From positions 50,224 through 114,223 of the forward strand of contig JBDGRK010000018.1 of the NCBI GenBank assembly GCA_042218075.1: 64,000 nucleotides of DNA. Direction: 5' to 3'. Every line of letters starts with the position of its first letter. Position 1 is the first letter of the stretch. Positions 49,018 to 59,468 of the stretch are shown here, piece by piece. The translations under genes were made by a program, and so were the position numbers. The notes beneath the pieces were generated by a model that saw nothing but the letters and a program-made list of their open reading frames with translations, was not told the DNA's origin and did not search any database. The stretch comes from Candidatus Nanohaloarchaea archaeon. Lineage in GTDB: Archaea; Nanohalarchaeota; Nanosalinia; Nanosalinales; Nanosalinaceae.

Positions 49018-50131
49018 CTTCCACCATCTCCATCAGTACTTCTGCGGTCTCCGTCATCGAGGTGTCATTCCTGTAAAGTTTCATCTGAAGACCAAGTTTT
49101 TCTCTCGTCTCCCTGAGGAGTTCGAAGGCTTTGTCAGCGTTCGGCCCATCCCTTCTCACCACGATAGGGTAATCAGGTTTTTCTTCCTCCAGCGCCTGGC
49201 AGAATCCCTTCATGGTTCTGTAGATGTCGGTATTGTTTGCTGTCCCCCCCACGTGCCAGAGGCCTCTCAGGCCTGGCTTCGACATAATCACCTTTGAAAG
49301 CCTGTAGACTTTCTCTGTAGGAGGGTTCCCCCCGTACTCGGTGTAGTTCGCTGGTTCTCCGCCGTAGGATATCAGGGCATCCATGTTTGTCAGGGAAGCG
49401 CCACCTCCTGCCAGCATCATTCCAATGTCTCCATCCAGCTCTGTATACTTTCCAGCGACCCCTCTATGATCTTCCTCGTCGATTTTTTCCGCTCTCTTCT
49501 CCCTCTCCGTCTTCTGCCTCTGCATTACCGATCTCTCCGGGTAATCCCGGTCGTGCCTGTAGGAAGCATCGTCATCCAGATCGATCATTGCATCGAGAAC
49601 CATGAACCCGTCTTCAGTCTCCACAAGCGGATTGACTTCCAGCAGCCTCATATCCTGCTCGAGAAACGCCCTGAACATCTTCTGGAGCGCAGAACCGAGA
49701 TAGACTATCTTTTTTCCCTCGATTCCCTGTTCTTTCAGGAACTGCCTGAAACGGAACTGGGAATCGTCCTCCAGTATTAGCCTCGAGGCTCCTCTATGCT
49801 CTATGCCTGTACCTCCCTGCTTTGAGAAAACCATTGCTGGCTTCCGGTAATCGGTATCGTAAAGGAACGAGACGTAGTACTCTTTTTCATAATCCACCCT
49901 TTCCTCGATCAGCACCTCGTTTACTTCATGGCCGTTTACCTCCGAACATTTCATCTCTTCGGCTATGCTCTCCGCCTCTTCCCTGCCCGATGCGAACCTT
50001 ACTCCTCCATGCTCCTTCCTGTCGTTGGCAAGTACTTGGGCCTTCACCATCAGCTCTTCGCCCTCCTTGCCGGGAACCTTCAGTCCTTTCTCTTCAAGCA
50101 GTTGCTTCGCCTCGCTCTCGTATAGCTCCAC
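49007..50131 (-). CDS. ATP-grasp subunit of ATP-citrate lyase/citryl-CoA synthetase
   Basis: LYESEAK, LEVNPL, AGGGAS, ANYTEYGGNP, GGTANNTD, RRDGPN. Confidence 0.88.
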   Translation of the reverse strand: MELYESEAKQLLEEKGLKVPGKEGEELMVKAQVLANDRKEHGGVRFASGREEAESIAEEMKCSEVNGHEVNEVLIEERVDYEKEYYVSFLYDTDYRKPAMVFSKQGGTGIEHRGASRLILEDDSQFRFRQFLKEQGIEGKKIVYLGSALQKMFRAFLEQDMRLLEVNPLVETEDGFMVLDAMIDLDDDASYRHDRDYPERSVMQRQKTEREKRAEKIDEEDHRGVAGKYTELDGDIGMMLAGGGASLTNMDALISYGGEPANYTEYGGNPPTEKVYRLSKVIMSKPGLRGLWHVGGTANNTDIYRTMKGFCQALEEEKPDYPIVVRRDGPNADKAFELLRETREKLGLQMKLYRNDTSMTETAEVLMEMVEDGK

Positions 50132-50209
50132 GCAAAGAATAATATGAAACAGCTTTAATTTGTACTGGTGCCACTAAATTCTTTAAGATTGAATCCATAA
50201 GTTTCCTGT

Positions 50210-50581
50210 ATGGAGAATCAGGAAACTCCTTTAGAAGATCCTGAAGAATCACTGAAGGATCTATACAGTTTTTTTGGAGATCTGGACGACGAAATCTCCG
50301 ACCTGGTCGAGAAAGGTGATGAAATAAGAATAGAGAAAGTCAATGCTGGAAGGGCGATAATGCAGTCTTTCAGGAACCTGGAGGAAATGATTGGAGAGGA
50401 AGAATATGATCCAGAATTCGTGGATAGAACGCGAAGAATGGCCGATAATGGTTTCTCAAACTACCATGAAGTGCTTGAAAATGTTGAAAACGGGCTGGAT
50501 AAAGGATACGGGGAAAGACTTGAACGGAGCTACAACCACTTCATGGGGTTGTTCCACAGGATCGTGGGAGGAGAAGCCTGA
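50210..50581 (+). CDS. Hypothetical protein
   Basis: Acidic 123-aa ORF coupled to the next gene. Confidence 0.6.
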   Translation: MENQETPLEDPEESLKDLYSFFGDLDDEISDLVEKGDEIRIEKVNAGRAIMQSFRNLEEMIGEEEYDPEFVDRTRRMADNGFSNYHEVLENVENGLDKGYGERLERSYNHFMGLFHRIVGGEA

Positions 50582-51099
50582 TGGTCTACACAGGAAGAGG
50601 TGACAGAGGGAGGACAGACCTGAGTTCGGGGGAGAGGGTTTCGAAGTCGAGCGAGAGGATCGCTGCCTACGGAACTGTAGACGAGCTCAACTCGCTGGTT
50701 GGAGTATGTAGAAACTATACTGAGGACAAGGAAGAAGATATGGAAAAGATACAGAACGAGCTACACATTCTACAGGCAGAGCTCGCGTGTCGAGAACCGG
50801 AGGAGAAAGTACAGGTTGAGAATATTGATCGACTGGAGATGCTGATCGATCGATACCAGAACGAGTGCCCGCCTCTTAAAGATTTCGTTCTCGCGGGAGG
50901 AACCGAGTCAGCCTCTCACCTACACCTTGCGAGATCTGTAACGAGGAGATGCGAGAGGAAGATTGTAGAGCTTGACGAGAAACAGGAGCTGAGACAGGAA
51001 GTCATGACCTACATCAACCGGTTGAGTGACCTCTTCTTCATGATGGCAAGGCATGAAAACTATCTGGAAAACGTGGAGGAGAAGAATCCCGAGTACTGA
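50581..51099 (+). CDS. Cob(I)alamin adenosyltransferase, PduO type
   Basis: VYTGRGDRGRT, YGTVDELNS, RRCER, INRLSD. Confidence 0.93.
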   Translation: MVYTGRGDRGRTDLSSGERVSKSSERIAAYGTVDELNSLVGVCRNYTEDKEEDMEKIQNELHILQAELACREPEEKVQVENIDRLEMLIDRYQNECPPLKDFVLAGGTESASHLHLARSVTRRCERKIVELDEKQELRQEVMTYINRLSDLFFMMARHENYLENVEEKNPEY

Positions 51100-51839
51100 T
51101 GAAATGGCGCTATATTCCTTACAGGAGGTATGATCCGTTCTTCAAGCTTGGACTGAACAAGGCGGCGATGGAATCCGTTTCTGGAGGAGCTAATCCTTTG
51201 GTGTGGCTTTCGGGCTGGGATCAGAAGACTGTAAATGTGGGCTACAGCCAGCAAATCGAGAAGAGAGTCAACCTGGAGAAGGCGGAGAAGAGAGGAGTCA
51301 AAGTTGTGAGGAGGCAGGGAGGCGGAGGCACGACTTTTCTGGATCCGGATGGAGAGATCACGTGGCACATGGTGGCGGAGCAAGATTATTTCCCGGATGA
51401 CGTGAACCGGATTTACAGCAGAGTCTGCGGGAAGATCGCGGAAAAGCTGGGAGAGCTGGGAATAGAGGCGGAGCACGAGCCCGTCAATGATATCGTGACC
51501 GAGAACGGCAAGATTTCCGGTGCCACGCTGAAGAGGGAGGAAGGGGTAATTTACGTAGCAGGAACTCTTCTTTTCGAAGTTGACGTGGAGGAGATGTTCG
51601 AGCTTATCAATCCAGAGGAGGGAAAGAAAAATGACAAGCAGATAGACGATTATAGACAGAGGGTTACCTCGATCAGTCAGGAGTCAGGTGCAAGCTTCCA
51701 GGAGGCGAGAGAAATCCTTAAAGATGCACTGCTGCAGGGCAAAGATTTTGAAGAGGAAGTGTGGAAAGAAGATGAAAAACAGAGAGCGAAGCACCTTGCT
51801 AATAAATATAGTAGTGAAGAATGGTTGTACAGGAAATGA
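51099..51839 (+). CDS. Lipoate--protein ligase family
   Basis: VVRRQGGGG, NDI...KISG, GTLL. Confidence 0.9.
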   Translation: MKWRYIPYRRYDPFFKLGLNKAAMESVSGGANPLVWLSGWDQKTVNVGYSQQIEKRVNLEKAEKRGVKVVRRQGGGGTTFLDPDGEITWHMVAEQDYFPDDVNRIYSRVCGKIAEKLGELGIEAEHEPVNDIVTENGKISGATLKREEGVIYVAGTLLFEVDVEEMFELINPEEGKKNDKQIDDYRQRVTSISQESGASFQEAREILKDALLQGKDFEEEVWKEDEKQRAKHLANKYSSEEWLYRK

Positions 51840-52282
51840 GTACGGTTCAAGGTGAATACGATATTCTGGAAGTCGAAGAACACGCGATAGCTGACGGAAA
51901 AATAAACGTGGATCAGTATTTCGACCTGATCGAAGTAGAGGAAGAAGCGTTGAGAGGAGAACTTGAAGAAGGATTTTACATTCTGGATGTATCAGACTTG
52001 GAAAATTGCATCGGTTCCTGCGAAAGATATGTCAACGGAAACAGGGCCGAAAGCTTTGAAGTTCCTCATGACGATGAGGAAATAACTTCCCTTCTGTATG
52101 TACAGGAGGATGGAAGATTTGGCGATGCAAGAAGTAAAATGGAGGAATTACTGGAAGAATACGAAGCCTCAAGAGAAAATGTGGAAGAAGATGACTGGTT
52201 ATATGGGCCGGAAGAAGAGGAAAGAATCGCCATGGCAAGATTCAAGGGAAATACCATCCTGAGGGCTTGTCACGTAGAATAG
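51836..52282 (+). CDS. Hypothetical acidic protein
   Basis: ORF coupled to lipoate ligase by an ATGA overlap. Confidence 0.6.
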   Translation: MSTVQGEYDILEVEEHAIADGKINVDQYFDLIEVEEEALRGELEEGFYILDVSDLENCIGSCERYVNGNRAESFEVPHDDEEITSLLYVQEDGRFGDARSKMEELLEEYEASRENVEEDDWLYGPEEEERIAMARFKGNTILRACHVE

Positions 52283-52378
52283 CTGTATTAAAAGTTTCAC
52301 AAATATACCTTATCATCGTGTGCGAGGGTAGCCAAGAGTTCTTGCCAACCTCGTCAAAAATAACAGGCAAGAAATAAT

Positions 52379-52534
52379 GCGAGGGTAGCCAAGTGGTCAA
52401 AGGCGCAGCGTTGAGGCTACCTCTTCCTCCTCTGGAGGTGGAGGTTAGAGAAAATCTCTGATTTTCGAATAGAGGTTTTCGATTCAGATGCGCTGTCCCG
52501 TAGGGGTTCCGGGGTTCAAATCCTCGCCCTCGCA
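52379..52534 (+). tRNA. tRNA-Leu(GAG) with 73-nt intron at 37/38 (52417-52489)
   Basis: GCGAGGG/CCCTCGC; CAGCG-TTGAGG|G-CGCTG; BHB helix TTGA/TCAG. Confidence 0.9.
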
Positions 52535-52625
52535 TACTGACAGACTGTTCGGTTTAAGGTAGGCAGAGCTTTTCCCTTTCTACATCAATTGAAAGGTTAT
52601 AAACCTGAAAGTTGCTTCTTAACTT

Positions 52626-53516
52626 ATGGAGTCTATAGAAAAGAGCACACAAATTACATATCCTCAAGGTAAAACTGAAGGAGAAGGTTCTGTTCTCCGC
52701 GCAGAAAGTCTACCCGAAGACAAAGATAAGATATACATAATTACAGATGAAACTCCTTTTCACCCTGTAGACCATTCATGGCCCGACCAGCCGGCCGACA
52801 AAGGAGAAATAATCATTAAAGGAGAAAAATTCGAAGTAGAAGATGTCATTACAGCTGCAAAGAAGAAAAATTCAGGGAAAATTTATTTAGGAGATGATAT
52901 ACCTGTTCGGCGAGGTAAAGATGGCTGGGCTTTCTTAGTAGCTCATGTGATACAGAAACCAGATGATCTAACCACCTCCGAACTTGTTGGCAAAAAAGCA
53001 AAACTTGAGGTTGATGAAGACTACAGGACGAAGTTAAATGCATCTCACACGTCTTGTCACTTGATGGCTTTAGCACTCAACAAGGCAACAGCCGACCTCT
53101 GGGATAAAAATGTAGATACAGATTCCCTAGGAAACCCTGATCTAGATAAAGTTGCGATAGAGGAATCCCGGATAACTTCTGAAAAAGCTGAAGATCGTTA
53201 CAAAATAGGGAAATCTGTGAGAAAGAAAGGTTTTGAAACTGAGAAATTTTTCGATAAAATCGATGAAATAGAATCAGAAATGAACAAACAAGTTTCAGAA
53301 AGGACCAGTTCAGAAGCTGAAGTTGAGATAGAAGTTCCTTCACATAACCTTGATTCATTTAGGAAATGGAAATGTAACTTAGCTGATGAAGAAGCAGTCA
53401 TACCGTGTGGCGGCACTCATCTAGACTTGCTGGAGCAGTTGAATGATGTCGAAATTTCAATTGAGGTTTCTGAGGAAAAGCCAGAGATTACTATATACAC
53501 AACACCTAGAATATAA
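52626..53516 (+). CDS. AlaX-like (alanyl-tRNA editing) domain protein
   Basis: TPFHP..DQPAD.G, HTSCH, PCGGTH. Confidence 0.8.
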   Translation: MESIEKSTQITYPQGKTEGEGSVLRAESLPEDKDKIYIITDETPFHPVDHSWPDQPADKGEIIIKGEKFEVEDVITAAKKKNSGKIYLGDDIPVRRGKDGWAFLVAHVIQKPDDLTTSELVGKKAKLEVDEDYRTKLNASHTSCHLMALALNKATADLWDKNVDTDSLGNPDLDKVAIEESRITSEKAEDRYKIGKSVRKKGFETEKFFDKIDEIESEMNKQVSERTSSEAEVEIEVPSHNLDSFRKWKCNLADEEAVIPCGGTHLDLLEQLNDVEISIEVSEEKPEITIYTTPRI

Positions 53517-53539
53517 ACCCGAAATTTGAGTGATAGATT

Positions 53540-54556
53540 ATGGAGAAAATTGTCCGGACAATCTGCTATTTCACCAAGAATCCTTCTGAAAACACAATTT
53601 TCAAACTGGAGGATATTGAAGAAAAACTTGAGAAAAAAGGATTCAAAGTCCAAGAAAAGAGAGTTTGCTGCCCGAACAAAGATTTTACCGAATTAAAAAA
53701 TACTTTTGACGATAATTCACTAATTCTAGGAAAAGGACAGCTTGACTGGAGCGAAGCAAAAGAGGAAATCGGCGATTTTATTGAAGCAGGTGATGTAAAC
53801 TTCAACCTAGACCTCACTGACGAAGATATAGGGGAAGAACATGTAGAACTGCTATTCAAGCTAATTGAAGATGCCCCATCATTAATGTTTTCATTTGCCT
53901 ACACATTTAACGATACTCCTTCCAGTCCATTCTTCCCTTCAGCCAAGTTCGAAAAAGAAGGATTCTCCATAGGTCTTCAGGCAACAAATATGGCGGAAGG
54001 ATGTGAAAATTTGCAGCAATGGCTTGACAGGATGAAGGATGCATGGGAAGAAATAGACGAGCTCTTTAGAGAAGAGGAGGACTACCTAGGAATAGATTCT
54101 TCAATTGCACCTCTACACTCCAAGGAGGGAAGCCTTGTTAACTTCATCAGAAGGATAGAGCCTTCATTCAACCGTTCTGTTCTGACAGATAACTACGTTA
54201 AAATTACGGAGTTTATCCAGAATGAAAACCCAAATCCTGTAGGGCTATGCGGTCTCATGCTTCCATGTCTTGAAGACTTCGAGCTGGCAGAGGAATATGA
54301 AAAGGGAAACTTCTCGATTGAGAGAAACCTCTTCCTCTCACTTCACTCAGGACTCGGAATTGACACATATCCGGTCGGGGTAGATGAAGACAAGCAGAAC
54401 GTAGTAGATATACTGAAGACTGTTCAGAGACTCTCCAACAAGCACGGTAAACCTCTTTCAATCCGATTTGTCTCGGACGGAGAAGCAAAAATCGGAGAAG
54501 AGACAGACTTCGGCAACAAATTCCTTAAAGACGTTGAAGTCAGAAGCTTGAAATAG
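53540..54556 (+). CDS. DUF711-like protein
   Basis: VRTICYF, PFFP, GIDSSIAP, GLCGLMLPCLED, GIDT. Confidence 0.7.
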   Translation: MEKIVRTICYFTKNPSENTIFKLEDIEEKLEKKGFKVQEKRVCCPNKDFTELKNTFDDNSLILGKGQLDWSEAKEEIGDFIEAGDVNFNLDLTDEDIGEEHVELLFKLIEDAPSLMFSFAYTFNDTPSSPFFPSAKFEKEGFSIGLQATNMAEGCENLQQWLDRMKDAWEEIDELFREEEDYLGIDSSIAPLHSKEGSLVNFIRRIEPSFNRSVLTDNYVKITEFIQNENPNPVGLCGLMLPCLEDFELAEEYEKGNFSIERNLFLSLHSGLGIDTYPVGVDEDKQNVVDILKTVQRLSNKHGKPLSIRFVSDGEAKIGEETDFGNKFLKDVEVRSLK

Positions 54557-54630
54557 ACGCAAAAGCTGTTGTTGCTGTTCGCAATCTCACAGATCACCAG
54601 GCTTTTGACTGCGGAAATCAAAATTTGTGC

Positions 54631-55380
54631 ATGAGGCAGCGAAAACGGTTCCTGCTTTTTGGGGTTTTTGTCGCATTTCTGATATCGCTGTCCGGTGCTC
54701 AGGGATCAAAGCCTGGAAAAATCTCTCCTTCCACCGAGATCACAGAGAATAGAGAAAAAACTGATCTTGGCCAGCAGGATTCATTAGAGATGGACTACAC
54801 GCTTCCAGAAAAGACAGATCCGCTGTGCAGGGAGAGAATCAAGAAAATGAGGCAGAGGTACATGGAAAGGATCAGAAAGAACCCGGAGAGTAAATCAGAG
54901 CTCAGGAAAGAGTTCTACAGCAGGGTCGAGAACAAGCTGACAAGCTGCAGGCCCGGGCCTCGACTCGCGAACGTTTCGGAAGCCCCGAAATCTATGACTG
55001 AAGGATGCAAGGACAGGGTAAGAGAGCTGAACCAAAAGATACAAGAGGAGACAAACGCCTCGATCGGGGACAGGGTGCCGGAGAAATACCAGGAAGAGTA
55101 CAGGAAAGCGTTGAAAGGCTGCGTGGTATCCACAGTTGTGCATAAGGTTGTGGATAAGATGATGAGGAAGATACTGGGAAGTAGATCAGACCTCTTTGAT
55201 CCCGGCTTGCTTATCGAGAGGATCGGAGATAAAGTGGGCTATCCTGAAATGATAGACAGCCGGGCTTCAGTGGAGGAAGGAAAAGTAAACGGTACAGCAG
55301 GGAGCAATCCTGAGAAAGGTAAAGGTGGTGGTCCACTGGCTTCGGGACTGGTTGGCGGGTTGTCAGGCTTCCTGGGTTGA
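54631..55380 (+). CDS. Secreted hypothetical protein
   Basis: Signal peptide, four Cys, Gly-rich C-terminus. Confidence 0.65.
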   Translation: MRQRKRFLLFGVFVAFLISLSGAQGSKPGKISPSTEITENREKTDLGQQDSLEMDYTLPEKTDPLCRERIKKMRQRYMERIRKNPESKSELRKEFYSRVENKLTSCRPGPRLANVSEAPKSMTEGCKDRVRELNQKIQEETNASIGDRVPEKYQEEYRKALKGCVVSTVVHKVVDKMMRKILGSRSDLFDPGLLIERIGDKVGYPEMIDSRASVEEGKVNGTAGSNPEKGKGGGPLASGLVGGLSGFLG

Positions 55381-55428
55381 AACCGTAAATTCACCCAAAA
55401 TATAAGATGAAGTTTGAAAACTTGGATT

Positions 55429-55833
55429 ATGGAGCGGGAAAACACTCCCTGGATCAGTCTGGGAGCCATAATTATATCCCTGGGTGCGGCGATAATAGGC
55501 TATTACTCCTTCCGTTCCAGGCTCCTGCCAGCGTTTTTCGGTGTACTGCTGGTTGATATAGGATACACGGTATCACAGCTGGAGAACAGGGAGGAAGTAT
55601 TGGGTTTACTTAGGATTTCAAGGGAACAAATTGACCTGGATAAAATCGTCTCCTGGTACGGATTGGTTTTAGGTTCACTACTGGTAGCACAGGGATTCAT
55701 AATTGGTGCGGGAGCGACCAGCAATCCAAAAATCTCAAGCATGATTGCCTCCGTGATCATGGTTTCGTCAGGTTACCTGATAGGTCATACAACTTACGTC
55801 AACAGGTACTACGGTGACTCAGATGAAGATTAA
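55429..55833 (+). CDS. 4-TM membrane protein (pair A, gene 1)
   Basis: Four hydrophobic segments; C-terminal GYLIGH. Confidence 0.7.
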   Translation: MERENTPWISLGAIIISLGAAIIGYYSFRSRLLPAFFGVLLVDIGYTVSQLENREEVLGLLRISREQIDLDKIVSWYGLVLGSLLVAQGFIIGAGATSNPKISSMIASVIMVSSGYLIGHTTYVNRYYGDSDED

Positions 55834-56197
55834 ACCTGTTCTCTCCCTGGGTGTCACAGCTTTTTTTGTTGCATTGGCAGTCTGGCACTCTATGCTGCAG
55901 GACTTCACTATGTTGCTTCTTTCAACCTTTCTGGGTTGGAACAGCTACCTCTACAGCCACTACCTGGTTACAGGAGAATGCGTGCATACGAGGAACGAGA
56001 ACATCGAGATAACTCTCCCGCACAGTATCCACAGGGAGATACTGGCGGTCGCGGGAACCGCGGCAATGATACTTTCCTTGCCTGTAGGAATCATCGGAGT
56101 CAACCAAATGAACTTCCTGATCCTGCTTTCAAGCACTCTTCTGTTCGTCTACGGTTTTGCGATCCTCCACGAGGGAATGACGGGAAGTCTGCTCTGA
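55823..56197 (+). CDS. 4-TM membrane protein (pair A, gene 2)
   Basis: WNSYLYSHYLVTG and YGFAILHEGMTG. Confidence 0.7.
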   Translation: MKIKPVLSLGVTAFFVALAVWHSMLQDFTMLLLSTFLGWNSYLYSHYLVTGECVHTRNENIEITLPHSIHREILAVAGTAAMILSLPVGIIGVNQMNFLILLSSTLLFVYGFAILHEGMTGSLL

Positions 56198-56324
56198 TCC
56201 TGATTTTTTGAAGCTTCCTGAGAAACTGAGTTCAGATGATGAGGCAATTAATCGTCTGATCTCGACAAGGGAGATGATGACGTGAACACCCACTGATTTA
56301 AACCGGTTTTCAGATATTCTGCCT

Positions 56325-57093
56325 ATGCATGTAACCACCTGGATGGAGCGGGTAGATCTCACCGAGGAAATCCAGGAGGTCTACCTGCATTCCTTCCTGT
56401 TCAAGCTGGGAGTAAAACTGGTAGCGATTTTCCTGCCCTTCTACATCCTCGAACTCGGCTGTGCTGGTCGGTGCATCTTTCCTGCCATTTCTGCTTACCA
56501 GCGAGCATTATTCTGGGCTTGATCTTGACCTCATAGAATTTCTGAAGGATGCGAGGCTTGCAGATTACCTGACATTCTACTTCAAGGGAATCAATTCCAT
56601 AGGCAAGAAAGCTGTCTGGCCCGCTTACCTGGCTCTAGTTATCGGTGGATCGCTGAATATTGGCGGGGCGGGAAGCTTCCAGGCTCTGGGAGCCGCCATA
56701 ACAAGCATATTCATAGGTAAAATCGTGGATAACCAGAACAGGAGCCGGGTGATCATAGGTAGTGTAATTATTGCCTCGGGCACCTATATCTTGATGTCGT
56801 TCGTCACAGTCCCTGTAACAGCTTTCATCGTTTCACTCCTGAACGGCCTGAGCTACACTGCGGCCTCGGTACCGATCTATAGCTCGGCGCTGGATCATGC
56901 GGAGCAGGAAGACCTGATAGAATACTTTGCAGTTAGGGAATTTGCGCTAGGTCTCGGCAGAGTCTCCATACTTTTACTGGCACTGGGATTCTTCACATTA
57001 CTGGAAGGAGAGATGAAGTTCCTTGCAAGCTTTTCATCTATCGCCCTGTCTGTGCTGGCGGCAGGATACTTTGGATCACAAATGCAGAAATGA
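56325..57093 (+). pseudogene. MFS transporter with internal deletion/frameshift near 56460
   Basis: N-terminal IFLPFYILELG jumps into a C-terminal half in another frame. Confidence 0.65.
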
Positions 57094-57198
57094 GATAGTT
57101 AAAACTTCAGGACAAACCGTTGATTACCAGATTCCCTCCAAAAGCCGCTGGAGCGATAGCGGAACGCGGCTTGGATTGATCAAACTTATCCTAAGTTT

Positions 57199-57273
57199 GG
57201 TGGGGGTAGGTTAGCTGGTCTATACTTCGACCTTGTGGCGGTCGAGACGCGGGTTCAAATCCCGCCCCCCGCC
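57199..57273 (+). tRNA. tRNA-His(GUG), encoded G-1
   Basis: CGACC-TTGTGGC-GGTCG; C73 discriminator. Confidence 0.9.
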
Positions 57274-57464
57274 CTATTAGAGACTGTTCGGATTAGCCCA
57301 AGTGATCCGACTTGGCAAATATGAAAGAAGACTTCCTAGAGATACGAGAAATATATGAAAGAGAAAAAGAGGAGAATGGAAAATCTGTCGGATAGAGAAC
57401 AACAGTAATAAGTTACTAAGATTTTGGAACAGATTAAAAAACTTATGTAATTTTTTACATTTAT

Positions 57465-58082
57465 ATGGCAGGGAAAACTCTAACAGAAGAATTGATGAAA
57501 GAGAAACGGTTAGAGGTTCTCCAGTATCTAGTCAACAACAAGGAGAGGAATTTTTCAATAAATGAGATAGCAGAGAATGTGGATACCTCCTACAAGACCG
57601 TTCAGGTATTTATAGACGTCTTAGAAGAGTTCGGCTTCATAGAATCCGAGAAACATGGTCGCACGAGGATAGTATCGGTAAATCAGAATTCTCCATTCTT
57701 AGAAGTGTTTGAGAGACTTGGAAAGATAGATTCTCAACCATTCAGAGAGGTAGCTGAAGACTTTGCAGAAGAAATAACCGGAAGGTACCCCAAAGAAATA
57801 GAATCAGTGATCTTATTCGGATCTGTAGCACGCGGATTACCTGTTTCCGGAAGCGACATAGACATACTAATACTTGTCAAGGACAAGGACGCCGTAGAAG
57901 AAGTAAATGACGAGGCCTGGAGCCTCAGAGACAAATATCTTGACAAAGAGGGATTACCAATCAATATAATAACCCAGACAGTAGAAGAATTCAAGAGAAA
58001 CTTGAGAAACGAACAACCGCTGGAAAGCAGGATAAAACAAGAAGGAGAAGCATTGAAAGGTGAAATACCAGATGGCAAATAG
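57465..58082 (+). CDS. HTH + minimal nucleotidyltransferase (MNT) antitoxin
   Basis: SINEIAENVDTSYKTV; LFGSVARG..SDIDILI. Confidence 0.88.
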   Translation: MAGKTLTEELMKEKRLEVLQYLVNNKERNFSINEIAENVDTSYKTVQVFIDVLEEFGFIESEKHGRTRIVSVNQNSPFLEVFERLGKIDSQPFREVAEDFAEEITGRYPKEIESVILFGSVARGLPVSGSDIDILILVKDKDAVEEVNDEAWSLRDKYLDKEGLPINIITQTVEEFKRNLRNEQPLESRIKQEGEALKGEIPDGK

Positions 58083-58516
58083 ACAAGTGCAGAAGAACAT
58101 CGAAACTTCATGGGCAGACGCACAATGGTACCTAAAAATGGGAATGAAAAGTATGGAGGAAGGAGCTCCAAACAGGATCACGATTAGCCTTTTCTGCCAA
58201 GCATTGATACGAGTCCGACTGCCTATGCTTCCTATACAACAAAGAAAACTGCCAATCAGGTAGAGGACACGGTTTACATAAACCATTCCAGAAACTCTAC
58301 ACCCGGAAAGGGATGCCCGAAAAATACTCTAGATATACAAGCAAGCTTAAAAAGTGGGTTGCACAGGAAAAAGACCTGGCCCAGTACAAGGGCGAAAACT
58401 ACAATACTACAGAACTCGGAAAAGCAGAGAAACAGACCAAGAGATTCCTGGAAAACTGCGTCAAAGAAGTACTAAAGGAAGAAGGAGTCTGGAACGAGTT
58501 AGAGATATCAATTTGA
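58072..58516 (+). pseudogene. HEPN-domain toxin, frameshifted at ~58216
   Basis: ALIRV|DCLCFLYNKE...GHG...EKDLAQY joins the two ORFs; directly after MNT. Confidence 0.7.
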
Positions 58517-58755
58517 TCCGGCTTCGTCACTATAACAGAGGTTTTTTAGTTGAGGCAATTCAATAGTTTAGATTAAAGCCACTTGTTTCGGAAACTTGTA
58601 ATCCGAACAGTTTCTTTGTAGGTAACCCCCGCACTAATCGTATGTTGAATAATTCCGAGTTGATAATTTGTTGCCACTTAATAAAAACAAATATAAGTAT
58701 TGAAATTCATATTTATTTTATAAGCGATAGAGTGCGTGATATCTCGAAATCCTCT

Positions 58756-59403
58756 ATGGATCCAGAGTTCGGATATCAACAGATAGTAGAAGAAGTAGAG
58801 GGAGAAGAAAGAGTCACTGGTATGGAAGATTCATATTTTGGCGAAGTCAGGCATGTTGTTATCCACGATGAGAAAGGCGAACCGCTTTACGATACCGTGG
58901 TCAGGAGGGAAGGACCGGTCTCAGAGGACGATATAGGCCCTTTCCCAGGACCGATAGTTATACCCTACAGAACAGGCGAAAACCTGGAAATTGGAATGGT
59001 GAACCACTAAAGGGAAGTTCCTTTAGATCCTGAAACGGGTGAAAGAGGGATATCCTCTACAGAAACCCCCAGAGGATTCAGGAATCCTGGAGAAAATCCC
59101 GAAGAAGCAGCATTAAGGGAACTGTACGAGGAAATGAGACTAGAGCCTATTTCCGTCGATCACCTGGGTTATGTCAACCCAAACACTGCTATCTCAGAAA
59201 CTAGCTTGCCGGTTTATGCAATAGAAGTCCCGGATCAAGAAGTTGCTGGAGGCGATAAAGGTTCGGAAGGCGAGTTTATAGAACGTGCTTTCTTCCAGGA
59301 CTACGGTGAAATTAGAGAAGATATAGCGAGGGGAGATATAAGCTGTGGTCTGACTCTGGCCTCTCTGATGTATTTCGAAACTAACAAAGACACTCTGATC
59401 TGA
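58756..59403 (+). pseudogene. NUDIX (ADP-ribose pyrophosphatase-like) with in-frame TAA at 59008-59010
   Basis: Read-through gives PRGFRNPGENPEEAALRELYEEM. Confidence 0.75.
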
Positions 59404-59468
59404 GCCCTCAGATTTACTGAACCTCGTCTTCAGATAAACCTTTAAACACTTGCCATCAATCAAGAGTT

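Larger units (their letters stand above)
57279..58615. mobile_element. Non-autonomous element bounded by 17-bp terminal inverted repeats carrying an MNT-HEPN module
   Basis: AGAGACTGTTCGGATTA (57279-57295) and TAATCCGAACAGTTTCT (58599-58615), 1 mismatch. Confidence 0.6.

Noticed and set aside
52321-52377. Split tRNA 5' half
   Set aside because: Only 15 nt of tRNA sequence, no BHB-forming leader, and a complete gene follows immediately.
59008-59010. Programmed stop read-through or recoding in the NUDIX gene
   Set aside because: The codon is TAA, which terminates many core genes here; no SECIS/PYLIS-like context.
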